In this document: piece by piece, positions 7,630 through 16,043 of the stretch
Layout of the letters: the number at the start of each line of letters is the position of its first letter
How positions within the stretch are numbered: the stretch's first letter is position 1
DNA from: Candidatus Magasanikiibacteriota bacterium
GTDB lineage: Bacteria; Patescibacteriota; Patescibacteriia; Magasanikbacterales; GWA2-37-8
DNA length: 64,000 bases
Assembly: GCA_030650025.1 (NCBI GenBank)
Contig: JAUSEN010000008.1
Span: forward strand, 1,164 to 65,163
Direction: 5' to 3'
The notes under the pieces: model-generated
Databases searched by the model: none
What the model was told of the DNA's origin: nothing
The model's input: the letters and a program-made list of their open reading frames with translations, nothing else
Made by a program: the position numbers and the translations under genes

Positions 7630-9557
7630 TCAACAATCGCTTTAATGCGCCGGACTCCAGCCGAAACCGCTTCTTCTTTAATAATTTTAAATTTACCAAT
7701 CAAGCCAGTGTGCTCCACATGCGGACCGCCGCAGACTTCGCGGCTAAAAGTCGGGCTAGAGACATCAGCAGTAGCCACATCATTCGGGTCGCCCACAGTA
7801 TAGACTTTAATTTTTGCTTGATATTTATCTTCAAACAAGCCAATCGCCTTCTTGACCTTCGCTTCTTCAAAACTCATCTCTTGATATGAAACCGGGTAAT
7901 CGCGTTTAATAGCCGCGTTTACTAAATCCTCGGCCTGTTTAACTTGTTCTGGCGTCATTTTTTGCGGATGGCTAAAATCAAACCGCATGCGCTCTTGGGT
8001 AATGTTACTCCCCCTCTGCATCGCGTGCGGCCCCAGAATTTTTTGGAGCGCGGCGTGGAGCAAGTGCGTGGCAGTATGGTATCTTGTCGAAATGGCGCTA
8101 TGATCAGCGAGGCCACCGGCGAATTTTTGTTCCGCGCCCGCGCGCGACTTATCCTGATGCTCTTTAAAAGCCGTTTCAAAACCATTAACATCAACTGTCA
8201 AACTATTCTCGATCGCGAGTTCTTGCGTCATCTCAAGCGGGAATCCGTACGTGTCGTATAATTTAAACGCGTGCTTGCCGGAAATCTCGGTAATACGCTG
8301 ACCCGTTTTCTCAAACGCGGTTTGAAACCCGCCGAGGAGGTGGGCAAATTCTTTTAAGCCTTGTTCGATGGTATTTCTAAATTTCGATTCCTCGGCTGCC
8401 ATTTCGTTCAAAATAAATTCGCGGTTGCGAGAGAGCTCTGGGTAAACTTCGCGAAAAATCTCAATAACTTTTTCTGAAATTATAGAACTAAAATTTTTGT
8501 TTATACCGAGCATTTCGCCATGGCGCACCGCGCGGCGAATTAATCGCCTCACGATATACCCGCGTTCCACGTTACTTGGCGCGATATGCGCGTCGTCTCC
8601 CATGATCATCGTAGCAGTGCGCAGGTGGTCGGCGACGATACGCATCGAGCGAGTAGTTTGACCACCAGCGATATATTCTTTACCGGCTAAATCCTGAATG
8701 GTTTGAATCAGAGGCCAAAAAGTGTCCACTTGGAACACATCAACAAATCCATTGAGCGCTACCAGCGTGCGCTCAAGACCCATGCCCGTATCAACATTTT
8801 TTTGCTTGAGTGGCGCGAATGTTCCGTCTGTATTTTTATTATATTGCATGAAGACATCGTTCCAGATCTCGAGCCAATTGTCTTCATCGTTCGCGGGGTT
8901 ACTGCCCAAGGGCGGGAACTCGGTTTTACCGCTCCAATAAAACATTTCCGTGTCCGGGCCGCACGGACCGGTTTTGCCGGCCGGGCCCCACCAATTATTT
9001 TTCTTGGGCAAACAGCCAATCCGTTCCTCGGGCACGCCGAGAGACTTCCAAATATTAGCCGATTCCTCGTCTTTAGGCGCGTCGCTGTCACCGGCAAAAA
9101 CCGTCACCGCCAATTTTTTTGGATCCAAACCTAGCCATTTTTTGTCTGTTAAAAATTCTAAGCTCCAAGCAATGGCCTCACTCTTAAAATAACCTGATCC
9201 GACCCCATCTGGGGCGTCGGATTCGCCCAAACTCCAGTTCCCGAGCATTTCAAAAAAAGTGTCGTGACGATTATCACCAACTTCATCAATATCTTGCGTG
9301 CGCACGCATTTCTGCACATTGGCTAAGCGCGTGCCCGCCGGGTGCTTCTGACCCATTAAGTATGGAACGAGTGGATGCATACCAGCGGTAGTATACAAAA
9401 CCGTCGGGTCATTATCCGGAATCAAAGAAGCCGAAGGAATAATGGCGTGCCTCTTGGACTCAAAAAACTTCAAATATTTGCTTCGAAGTTCTTGTGAACT
9501 AATCGATATTTTTGTCTGCCCGCCTTTGGCAGGGCGCAATTCTTTAGAAGTCAACAT
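7626..9557 (-). CDS. alaS: Alanine--tRNA ligase, shortened form: catalytic, tRNA-recognition and editing domains, no C-Ala domain
   Basis: N-terminal ...ELRSKYLKFFESKRH... and ...HDTFFEMLGNWSLG.... C-terminal editing-domain motif CGGPHVEHTG. Ends ~40 aa later. Start set at the ATG at 9557, giving 643 aa. Confidence 0.9.
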   Translation of the reverse strand: MLTSKELRPAKGGQTKISISSQELRSKYLKFFESKRHAIIPSASLIPDNDPTVLYTTAGMHPLVPYLMGQKHPAGTRLANVQKCVRTQDIDEVGDNRHDTFFEMLGNWSLGESDAPDGVGSGYFKSEAIAWSLEFLTDKKWLGLDPKKLAVTVFAGDSDAPKDEESANIWKSLGVPEERIGCLPKKNNWWGPAGKTGPCGPDTEMFYWSGKTEFPPLGSNPANDEDNWLEIWNDVFMQYNKNTDGTFAPLKQKNVDTGMGLERTLVALNGFVDVFQVDTFWPLIQTIQDLAGKEYIAGGQTTRSMRIVADHLRTATMIMGDDAHIAPSNVERGYIVRRLIRRAVRHGEMLGINKNFSSIISEKVIEIFREVYPELSRNREFILNEMAAEESKFRNTIEQGLKEFAHLLGGFQTAFEKTGQRITEISGKHAFKLYDTYGFPLEMTQELAIENSLTVDVNGFETAFKEHQDKSRAGAEQKFAGGLADHSAISTRYHTATHLLHAALQKILGPHAMQRGSNITQERMRFDFSHPQKMTPEQVKQAEDLVNAAIKRDYPVSYQEMSFEEAKVKKAIGLFEDKYQAKIKVYTVGDPNDVATADVSSPTFSREVCGGPHVEHTGLIGKFKIIKEEAVSAGVRRIKAIVE

Positions 9558-9565
9558 AAATTTTA

Positions 9566-11857
9566 TTACTCGCAAGTAGCGGCTAGCATATCGTACCAAT
9601 TAGACCCGCTACTAAATACCGAGAGCGGGGTCGTACAGCGGGAATGGTCAGGCGAATACCGCGCCGCCCAAATATCAGCATTATAAGCCGTGGCATCGAG
9701 CCTCACGCAAGTAATTCTAGCGCCGCCTTGGCAACTAATTTCCACTACGTCTTGGCCTTTGGGCGCGAAAGAAATCCGCGGATCGCCATAAAGCAAATAC
9801 GGTTTTTGATTCTTTACCGCTACGCTGGGGCTAAATCGGAACACAACTTGCTCTTCGAGTGGTTTACTGCGAACGATATCAACTTTCCCGCCTTGTCCAA
9901 AAACCCAATTATACAAATATGTCTTATGCTCGGTGGCGGCGCGCAGTAAAACCGAACTGTTGCGCAAAAGCGTATAAGGATAGCTGGCTCCCGAAGCAGT
10001 ATTTGGCGAAACAATCTCCGGGAGCGTGCGCTCAAACCGCTTTACTAATTTGGGGTTTCGGCCGCCGCGCTCGTACTCCCATTGATACAAAAAAACTCTG
10101 GCCTCGTAAGAGGTTACATTTTGGCCTCTCGGCACATCATCGAGTGTGCTGGTTGGCATTATATATTCCAAAACAATCAACCGGTTATTGCCGGCCTCGG
10201 TGAAAGAACAGGCCGCGCTCCGCTCTGCTCGCGCTAGGCGCGGGGCCGTACCGCTAAAATAAGAGTTGCTAATGGCGCAATCTTGGCTCCGGAGCTCGCT
10301 GTAGCTGGCCAAATTCCTCCCCGCCTGAAAAAGACGATCCTGCCGCTCGAGCCCGGCCCAATTAAACGCCCCCTCGCTTGCGAGCGCCACGGCGGCTCCC
10401 TTATAAGCGCTTTGGTTAAACGAACGCGCTGCAGTATGATTTTTCAGATTATAAATAGCCGCGGATCGAATGCTGTTCAGCTTAAGCTTCTGATCAACGC
10501 TTAAACGTGGCAAAACATCTTTAGAAAAAAGCAAAGTGAGCGCCGGCAAACTATCAGTGGAAAGTTCGGCGATATAGTCCAAATCCAAAGGCTGATTCTC
10601 CGCCATAAATCGGCGCACATTCTCGCGCGTAATAATATAATCAACGTTTACTGACGCGACCATTGTTAAAGCGGCCACCCCGGATATTAAAACGATATAA
10701 AAAAACCGGCGAAACGCCACCCGAATCCAAAAACAAGCCGCGGTTAGACTCAAAAGCGCCAAAATAAAATAAATAAACCACTCCACATAGAGCCGCAAAA
10801 CCGTGTAGCCATATTCAAACTGATACAAATTCATGCGCCGCAAAGCCGAGGCCGCGATGGCGCCGACTTGCAATACCAAGAGGGTGGTAAAAACGCTGAC
10901 GATTTTAGACTTCTCCCGCCCCACGAACGCGCGATACACCACTACCAAGAAAAGCGCAGAGAGCCCGATTACCCAGCTCAACTCAAAAAACCCTTGCCGC
11001 GCGTAATCCGCGAACGTCAAACCATTTTTTAAAACAAACTCCGCAGAACCAAATAAATACTTAAATTGAATAAATACGAACGCGCCAAATAAAACATTAA
11101 TCAAAGCCAACACCACGGCCACGATTACCTGGTCGAGCTCCCGGGCCAAGTCGTTAACACTGGCGAGAACGCTATCATGGAGGGCGGTCGCGTAATAAAA
11201 TCCGCCGGCAAAAAGCGCGAGCGCCACGGTGCGCAGAACCCGCCAAGCAAATTCCGGTATCTTCTCAATATTAAATAAATCCGCGAGCCCCTCTGCAAAC
11301 ACCGCGTCGGCCTTGTTAAAAAGCCAGGCAAAAATAATTAAAAACGGAATCGCGATAACAAGCCCGAGCAGTATCCGACGCACTAATTGTTTGCGCGGGT
11401 CATCGTGCCACAAAAAAACATCTTTATACATGTCCGACCACTTCATAAACAAGAGGTCAATCCGGCGCACCACGGGAAACCCGCGAAAATGGAACGTATG
11501 CTTAGCGGGGTTTTGCATGGTAGCGAGTAAGGCAAAGACCGCCGACAAAACCAAAACCATGGCGCCGCCGGCTTGGCGCACAAATTCGTTATTTAACAGG
11601 ACGCGATCCAAGCTAAGGATGACGATCGGAGCCAAGAGCCACCAGGCTTGTCTTTGGCGTAGCACCACGGTCAAGTTAGCGATTATTAAAAACCCGGTCG
11701 TATAAAGTAAAACGTAAATCGCGAACCCAATTCCCGGCTCTTGCTGCCAAAAAAAGAAGTCATACAGAATACTGATAACCGCCGCGAAACCCAGCCAAAT
11801 CAAACGATTATTTCTCGACTTTGAACTCGCGTTTGCATTCACAAAATCTAAATTCAT
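9566..11857 (-). CDS. Large polytopic membrane protein (~450-aa multi-TM region plus ~300-aa C-terminal soluble domain), function unknown
   Basis: Many hydrophobic helices at the N-terminus; no recognisable catalytic motif. Confidence 0.5.
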   Translation of the reverse strand: MNLDFVNANASSKSRNNRLIWLGFAAVISILYDFFFWQQEPGIGFAIYVLLYTTGFLIIANLTVVLRQRQAWWLLAPIVILSLDRVLLNNEFVRQAGGAMVLVLSAVFALLATMQNPAKHTFHFRGFPVVRRIDLLFMKWSDMYKDVFLWHDDPRKQLVRRILLGLVIAIPFLIIFAWLFNKADAVFAEGLADLFNIEKIPEFAWRVLRTVALALFAGGFYYATALHDSVLASVNDLARELDQVIVAVVLALINVLFGAFVFIQFKYLFGSAEFVLKNGLTFADYARQGFFELSWVIGLSALFLVVVYRAFVGREKSKIVSVFTTLLVLQVGAIAASALRRMNLYQFEYGYTVLRLYVEWFIYFILALLSLTAACFWIRVAFRRFFYIVLISGVAALTMVASVNVDYIITRENVRRFMAENQPLDLDYIAELSTDSLPALTLLFSKDVLPRLSVDQKLKLNSIRSAAIYNLKNHTAARSFNQSAYKGAAVALASEGAFNWAGLERQDRLFQAGRNLASYSELRSQDCAISNSYFSGTAPRLARAERSAACSFTEAGNNRLIVLEYIMPTSTLDDVPRGQNVTSYEARVFLYQWEYERGGRNPKLVKRFERTLPEIVSPNTASGASYPYTLLRNSSVLLRAATEHKTYLYNWVFGQGGKVDIVRSKPLEEQVVFRFSPSVAVKNQKPYLLYGDPRISFAPKGQDVVEISCQGGARITCVRLDATAYNADIWAARYSPDHSRCTTPLSVFSSGSNWYDMLAATCE

Positions 11858-11878
11858 AGATCTCTAATCTCTAAAAAA

Positions 11879-13132
11879 TTATTTAATCACTCCCCCGCCT
11901 AAACACGCCCCGTTATTGTAAAACACCGCGAATTGCCCGGGCGTAACCGCGCGCTCTGGCTTTGCAAAATGAACGATAACGAGATTCCTCGTCGGCCTTC
12001 GGCCTCGCTCGGAATGACAACGAACAATGCACTCCTGCAATATCTGGCGATGGCGTAGGCGTACCTGGCATTTTAACGGAAATTGAGGTTTCTGACAAAT
12101 CCAATTAACGCCCGTAACCACAGCTTCTTTGGAAAACAAAAGCAGGTCATCTTCATAGCCAACAACCAATTCATTGGTTCTAATATTTTTAGCGACCACA
12201 TACAAAGGCCGATTCCCCTCTCCTTCGCAAAGGAGAGGGCGAGGGTGAGGACTCGCCAATCCCAAATGCCTCTGACCAATCGTATAAAACGCCAGACCAT
12301 CGTGTTTACCGACAACAATTCGCTGTAGGGGCGGGGTTACCCCGCCCTTACCGTACGACATTATAATCTTTCCCGGTTTATGTTTTATTCTTTTCTCCAA
12401 AAATTCTTTCATCGGCACTTCGCCAATAAAACAAATGCCCATGCTCTCGGCTTTATCCGCGACTGGCAAGCCAAATTTCTTAGCTAATTTCCTGACTTCT
12501 GGCTTAGTATATTCGCCCACGGGAAATAGAGTTTTAGATAACTGCTTCTGGTTTAGCTGGTGCAAAAAATATGTTTGGTCTTTATTTTTGTCTTTGGCTT
12601 CGAGAAGATGAACCAGACCTCCCCCAAACCCCTCCTTTGCGAAGGAGGGGGGTCGAGCTCCCTCTCCATCGCAATGGAGAGGGCGGGGGGTGAGGACTCG
12701 TCTCGCATAATGCCCGGTCGCCAAATAATCAAAACCCAATTCTTCTGCCTTTTTCAGCCAACTCCCAAATTTAATAAATTTATTGCACATCACATCCGGG
12801 TTCGGCGTCCGCCCCTGCCGGTATTCCGCGAACATGTAATCCAAAACATCGCGTTTATATTCTTTAACAAAATTCAGTTTCAAAATCGGAATATTTAATT
12901 GCGCGGCCACGCGCACAGCGTCGCGGTAATCCGGAACATAACAAGACTGCGTCTGTTGTAGTGGCCCGGCATGCCTGGCCACTACGTTTTCGCCGTCATC
13001 ATCGTAATTAATCATAAAAGCCGCCGTGACATTATATCCGGCTTTAACGAGGAGCGCGGCGGCTACGGCCGAGTCCACCCCACCACTAAGCGCCACTAAA
13101 ACTTTTATTTTTTTATTAAACTTTATTTTCAC
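11879..13132 (-). CDS. mnmA: tRNA 2-thiouridine(34) synthase MnmA carrying four in-frame palindromic-element insertions
   Basis: PP-loop SGGVDSAV, ...LATGHYARR..., KDQTYFL, YTIGQR, TPGQFAVFY. At 417 aa it is about 50 aa longer than canonical MnmA. The extra segments map exactly onto DNA palindromes; see findings. Confidence 0.9.
   Translation of the reverse strand: MKIKFNKKIKVLVALSGGVDSAVAAALLVKAGYNVTAAFMINYDDDGENVVARHAGPLQQTQSCYVPDYRDAVRVAAQLNIPILKLNFVKEYKRDVLDYMFAEYRQGRTPNPDVMCNKFIKFGSWLKKAEELGFDYLATGHYARRVLTPRPLHCDGEGARPPSFAKEGFGGGLVHLLEAKDKNKDQTYFLHQLNQKQLSKTLFPVGEYTKPEVRKLAKKFGLPVADKAESMGICFIGEVPMKEFLEKRIKHKPGKIIMSYGKGGVTPPLQRIVVGKHDGLAFYTIGQRHLGLASPHPRPLLCEGEGNRPLYVVAKNIRTNELVVGYEDDLLLFSKEAVVTGVNWICQKPQFPLKCQVRLRHRQILQECIVRCHSERGRRPTRNLVIVHFAKPERAVTPGQFAVFYNNGACLGGGVIK
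11981..12019. repeat. Half MITE-like element (GAGATTCCTCGTCGG-CCTTCGG-CCTCGCTCGGAATGACA) in-frame inside mnmA
   Basis: Encodes CHSERGRRPTRNL in MnmA. A reverse-complement copy is at 15666-15704, and an intergenic copy within 21090-21193. Confidence 0.6.
12215..12257. repeat. Palindrome CCCCTCTCCTTCGCAAAGGAGAGGG plus CGAGGGTGAGGACTCG tail, in-frame inside mnmA
   Basis: Encodes ...SPHPRPLLCEGEGNRPL.... A second, duplicated copy is at 12628-12704. Confidence 0.6.
12321..12344. repeat. Palindrome AGGGGCGGGGTAACCCCGCCC(C)T in-frame inside mnmA; identical in sequence to the intergenic terminator hairpin at 62143-62175
   Basis: Encodes GKGGVTPPLQ, inserted just before the conserved ...HDGLAFYTIGQR. 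Confidence 0.6.
12628..12704. repeat. Tandem palindromes CCCCTCCTTTGCGAAGGAGGGG and CCCTCTCCATCGCAATGGAGAGGG plus CGGGGGGTGAGGACTCG tail, in-frame inside mnmA
   Basis: Encodes RPLHCDGEGARPPSFAKEGFGGG, inserted between the conserved GHYARR and LLEAKDKNKDQTYFL. Confidence 0.6.
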
Positions 13133-13149
13133 AAATAATTAACAACACT

Positions 13150-13782
13150 TTACAAACTTACTGGCTTAATTTCTTTTTTTAATAACTTGACCTGATACTC
13201 ATTTATCGGGCGCATTAAATTTTGATCATTGGCCATTTGGCGGGCCTTATTTGTTATTAGCCAGTTATACATATCATACTTAAACCGAAAATCACTTCTT
13301 AAAGCCAAATAATCATTTTTAAAAAATATTTTCGCTCTTTTCACTCCAATATTTCCTAAGGCGTCTAATTTATCCGCATCACGCAATATAATCGCTTCTT
13401 GGTACTTATCCGCCGCGTTATTATAGTGGTACCGTACCGCATACAACAAAATTATTTTTTCTTCTTTGGTAAGAAGCGAAAAAATTTTATCTTTCCTAAA
13501 CCACTCTCGGCAAAGTTTATACGACAACTCGTGATGAGTATTGGTGGAATTATTTTTCGCGTGCGAGCCCTTTTTTTCTAGAGTTCTGCCCACATCGTGG
13601 AGTACTGCCGCGAGTTCACACAAAAATATATTTGCTTTCACCGCTTTAGCGATGACAATCGCATTTTTTACCACCCGCGCCACGTGGTCATAACCATGCG
13701 CTGGGACTGGAGTAACTTTAAACAAAGCTTTAACTTTAATGTTTACCTCTCTAACAATTTGTTTTTGAATTTTTGTATACAT
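13150..13782 (-). CDS. HD-domain phosphohydrolase
   Basis: HGYDHVARV ... AAVLHDVGR ... RDADKLDALG (H..HD..D motifs). Start set at the ATG at 13782. Confidence 0.7.
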   Translation of the reverse strand: MYTKIQKQIVREVNIKVKALFKVTPVPAHGYDHVARVVKNAIVIAKAVKANIFLCELAAVLHDVGRTLEKKGSHAKNNSTNTHHELSYKLCREWFRKDKIFSLLTKEEKIILLYAVRYHYNNAADKYQEAIILRDADKLDALGNIGVKRAKIFFKNDYLALRSDFRFKYDMYNWLITNKARQMANDQNLMRPINEYQVKLLKKEIKPVSL

Positions 13783-13894
13783 AATAACCAGATTATATAT
13801 GAAACAGCCAAATATTTCAAGATATCCCGCCATAGGCGGATTGTTAACTGACACAAAATTTGCCTCGCTTATGCTCGCAAATTTAGGTCGTTAA

Positions 13895-13930
13895 CAAAAA
13901 AAATCCGGCAGCCTTAGGCTACCGGATCTA
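13895..13930 (-). terminator. Intrinsic terminator after the zinc-ribbon gene
   Basis: Minus strand: ATCCGGTAGCCTAAGGCTGCCGGAT followed by TTTTTTTGTT. Confidence 0.6.
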
Positions 13931-13942
13931 AAATTTTTATTT

Positions 13943-14269
13943 TTAGCCCTGGTTGCGTCGCGCCATCATGCAAGATTTGCAGTAGACGGGGCGATCACCG
14001 GTTGGTTGGAAGGGCAATTCAGTGATTGCCATGCCGCACTGTCCGCAGGTTAAATTAACCTGGAACATTTGGCGCGGGCCGCGGCTCATGCCGCCACCCA
14101 TTCCTCCACCCATACCACCACCGCGGGTTTGGCGGAAAGCCCGATTGCAGTCGCTGCAATAAACGGGGCGGTCGCCAGACGGCTGAAACGGCAGCTGTGA
14201 AATGTGGGCCCCGCACTTAGCGCAGGTTAAATCCACATCGTACATCTGGCGGTCATTGCCATATGCCAT
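13943..14269 (-). CDS. Small protein with two tandem CxxC-x17-CxxC zinc-ribbon repeats separated by a (GGGM)3 linker
   Basis: Two copies of LTC(A/G)xCGxxIxxLPFQPxGDRPVYCxxC; linker GGGMGGGMGGGM. Confidence 0.6.
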   Translation of the reverse strand: MAYGNDRQMYDVDLTCAKCGAHISQLPFQPSGDRPVYCSDCNRAFRQTRGGGMGGGMGGGMSRGPRQMFQVNLTCGQCGMAITELPFQPTGDRPVYCKSCMMARRNQG

Positions 14270-14286
14270 ACGTGTGTGTTCTGTTT

Positions 14287-14366
14287 GGTTCCCAAAATGT
14301 TGTTTGAGATATTTTGATTATTCGACCCCCAGTTTACTTTTAGTAAACCAGGACTATTTTGGGAAC
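14287..14366. promoter_or_regulatory. Nested inverted repeats upstream of the zinc-ribbon gene: outer GGTTCCCAAAAT...ATTTTGGGAAC, inner GTTTACTTTTAGTAAAC
   Basis: 11/11 outer arms about 57 bp apart; 7-bp inner palindrome. Lies in the 158-bp gap between 14269 and 14428. Confidence 0.35.
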
Positions 14367-14427
14367 TTTGTTATTACGCTGTTGCCCAAATTTATTGAGA
14401 TTAGTATAGCATAAAAATCCGGCTTTG

Positions 14428-14880
14428 TCAAATGCCTCTGGCATTCTGAACCGCCTCGGTTACTTCTTGCAGAGCCCCCGTGCCAACACTAGCCAAAACA
14501 GCGGCCTCTTTAACTGCTTTTTTAAGATCATACTTATTAGGAAAAACAGCAAAACTACGCCTTAAAAATATAATTGTGTTCGCGCGCAATGGGTCTTTAA
14601 TTAAGTTACTCTTTAATCCAGTTACTAAATCTCTTACCTTATTAAGCTCGTCTAACAAATCCTGAATTCTCTTCGCCTCTCCGCCCTTAGTATCAGGGAG
14701 AACGTCCAAACCTTGTTGTTGTAAAATTCTTAATTTATGCTCTATCTGTTCCAAAGACGACCCCAAGAATCCCTTCTCTAAAATTTCGCGCGCCGAATGA
14801 GAAAGCATCAACTTGTCTGGAGCGGCCGCGTCTCTTTTTACGCCTGGTTCCCGACCGCCTCCTTGTGTGTGAGTCCTCAT
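14428..14880 (-). CDS. Hypothetical protein
   Basis: 150-aa ORF with no recognisable motifs. The start may be the internal ATG at ~14808. Confidence 0.35.
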   Translation of the reverse strand: MRTHTQGGGREPGVKRDAAAPDKLMLSHSAREILEKGFLGSSLEQIEHKLRILQQQGLDVLPDTKGGEAKRIQDLLDELNKVRDLVTGLKSNLIKDPLRANTIIFLRRSFAVFPNKYDLKKAVKEAAVLASVGTGALQEVTEAVQNARGI

Positions 14881-14920
14881 AGATAAGCAAAGCTTGAAAT
14901 TGCGTCGGTCTTCGCAAAAA

Positions 14921-14948
14921 GAAAACTACAGTTTTCTTTTTGACTCAT
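14921..14948. terminator. Bidirectional intrinsic terminator downstream of the PPDK_N gene
   Basis: GAAAACTACAGTTTTC hairpin flanked by A-run/T-run (caaaaaGAAAACTacaGTTTTCtttttg). Confidence 0.55.
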
Positions 14949-14964
14949 CCCTAGCAATTATAAA

Positions 14965-16032
14965 TTAATTAGTAGTTCGATTTAAAGTCGTAATCGGCCG
15001 GCTCTGGGTGATATAAAATTTACTCCCGACTTTGGCCCATTCAATATCACAGGGGAAGCCATAATGCTTCTCAATATTTATAAAAATCTTAGCCGCTTCG
15101 ATAATTTCTTTGCCCGATAATTTTTGTTTTGTCCCTTCGCTCTCGCTAATATTTCCCCACTCATTGCGCTTCCCCTCTCCGCTATCTACTAACAAATCGC
15201 TTTTGGCGGAACGCGCCAACGCGTTCCCTACAAGTTTTTTTCCTACTAATTTTCGGGTCTGCGTCGCCACATTAATATCAAGAATGCTAAGCTCTGATTT
15301 ACTAACAATATAACTATCAGGAGTAATCTGACCGCCCACAATCGCTTCACCGAGGCCAAAACCGGCTTCTATTATCATCTGATCTCTGTCTTCGGTAACC
15401 GGATGCACGGTAAAAGCAATGCCTGACACTTCAGACTGTACCATAGTTTGCACTACCACCGCAACCGAAACATAGTGGTCGATTAAGTTCTTCTCGTGGC
15501 GGTAAAAAATTGCCCGAGGTGTGAATAGCGAAGACCAGCACTCTTTAACCCGCTCTACTACCTGCTCGGCTGGCGTATTTAAATATGTTTCCAGTTCCCC
15601 GGCCCAGCTCGCGACCGCCGAATCCTCCGCCGTCGCACTGCTCCGGACCGCCACCAAAAAATCATTGTCATTCCGAGCGAGGCCGGAGGCCGACGAGGAA
15701 TCTCCCGAAAGTTTAGCATGAGCTGCCAAAATTTCTACTTCTAAATCTTTGGGCATGGCATGGTCGTGAATCGCGTCCCGAATCACCGCGCTCGCTTTAT
15801 CAATCGAATTTACATCCGCCACGTTCACCTCTTTGAGCCGCGCACTAATTTCAGCATTCAAATCAGTTTCTTCTAAAAATCTATCAAAGGCGCTTGCGAG
15901 CACCACAAACCCGGGCGGGACAGGAATCCCGGTATTCGCCATCTCACCCAAACTGGCGCCTTTGCCACCCGCCTCGGCGACATTGTTTTTAGAAATTTCA
16001 TTGAAGAATTTTAGATGGGGCATACAACTCAA
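14965..16032 (-). CDS. PEP/pyruvate-binding (PPDK_N-type ATP-grasp nucleotide-binding) domain protein with an in-frame MITE insertion
   Basis: GGKGASLGEM ... GIPVPPGFVV ... FLVAVRSSATAED ... AG. The inserted segment SGDSSSASGLARNDND is encoded by the element at 15666-15704. Confidence 0.75.
   Translation of the reverse strand: MSCMPHLKFFNEISKNNVAEAGGKGASLGEMANTGIPVPPGFVVLASAFDRFLEETDLNAEISARLKEVNVADVNSIDKASAVIRDAIHDHAMPKDLEVEILAAHAKLSGDSSSASGLARNDNDFLVAVRSSATAEDSAVASWAGELETYLNTPAEQVVERVKECWSSLFTPRAIFYRHEKNLIDHYVSVAVVVQTMVQSEVSGIAFTVHPVTEDRDQMIIEAGFGLGEAIVGGQITPDSYIVSKSELSILDINVATQTRKLVGKKLVGNALARSAKSDLLVDSGEGKRNEWGNISESEGTKQKLSGKEIIEAAKIFINIEKHYGFPCDIEWAKVGSKFYITQSRPITTLNRTTN
15666..15704. 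repeat. Half MITE-like element (TGTCATTCCGAGCGAGGCCGGAGGCCGACGAGGAATCTC) in-frame inside the PPDK_N gene
   Basis: Reverse complement of the 11981-12019 family. Encodes SGDSSSASGLARNDND immediately before the conserved FLVAVRSSATAED. Confidence 0.6.
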
Positions 16033-16043
16033 AAATTAAAACC

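Noticed and set aside
8703-9134. Antisense or overlapping ORFs throughout the window (e.g. 690..902+, 1106..1381-, 8703..9134+, 11229..11705+, 40078..40344-, 44136..44915-, 54818..55288+)
   Set aside because: All are embedded in or opposite well-supported genes (greA, GT, alaS, membrane protein, murJ, recJ, pyrG). None has recognisable motifs. They are treated as frame artefacts.
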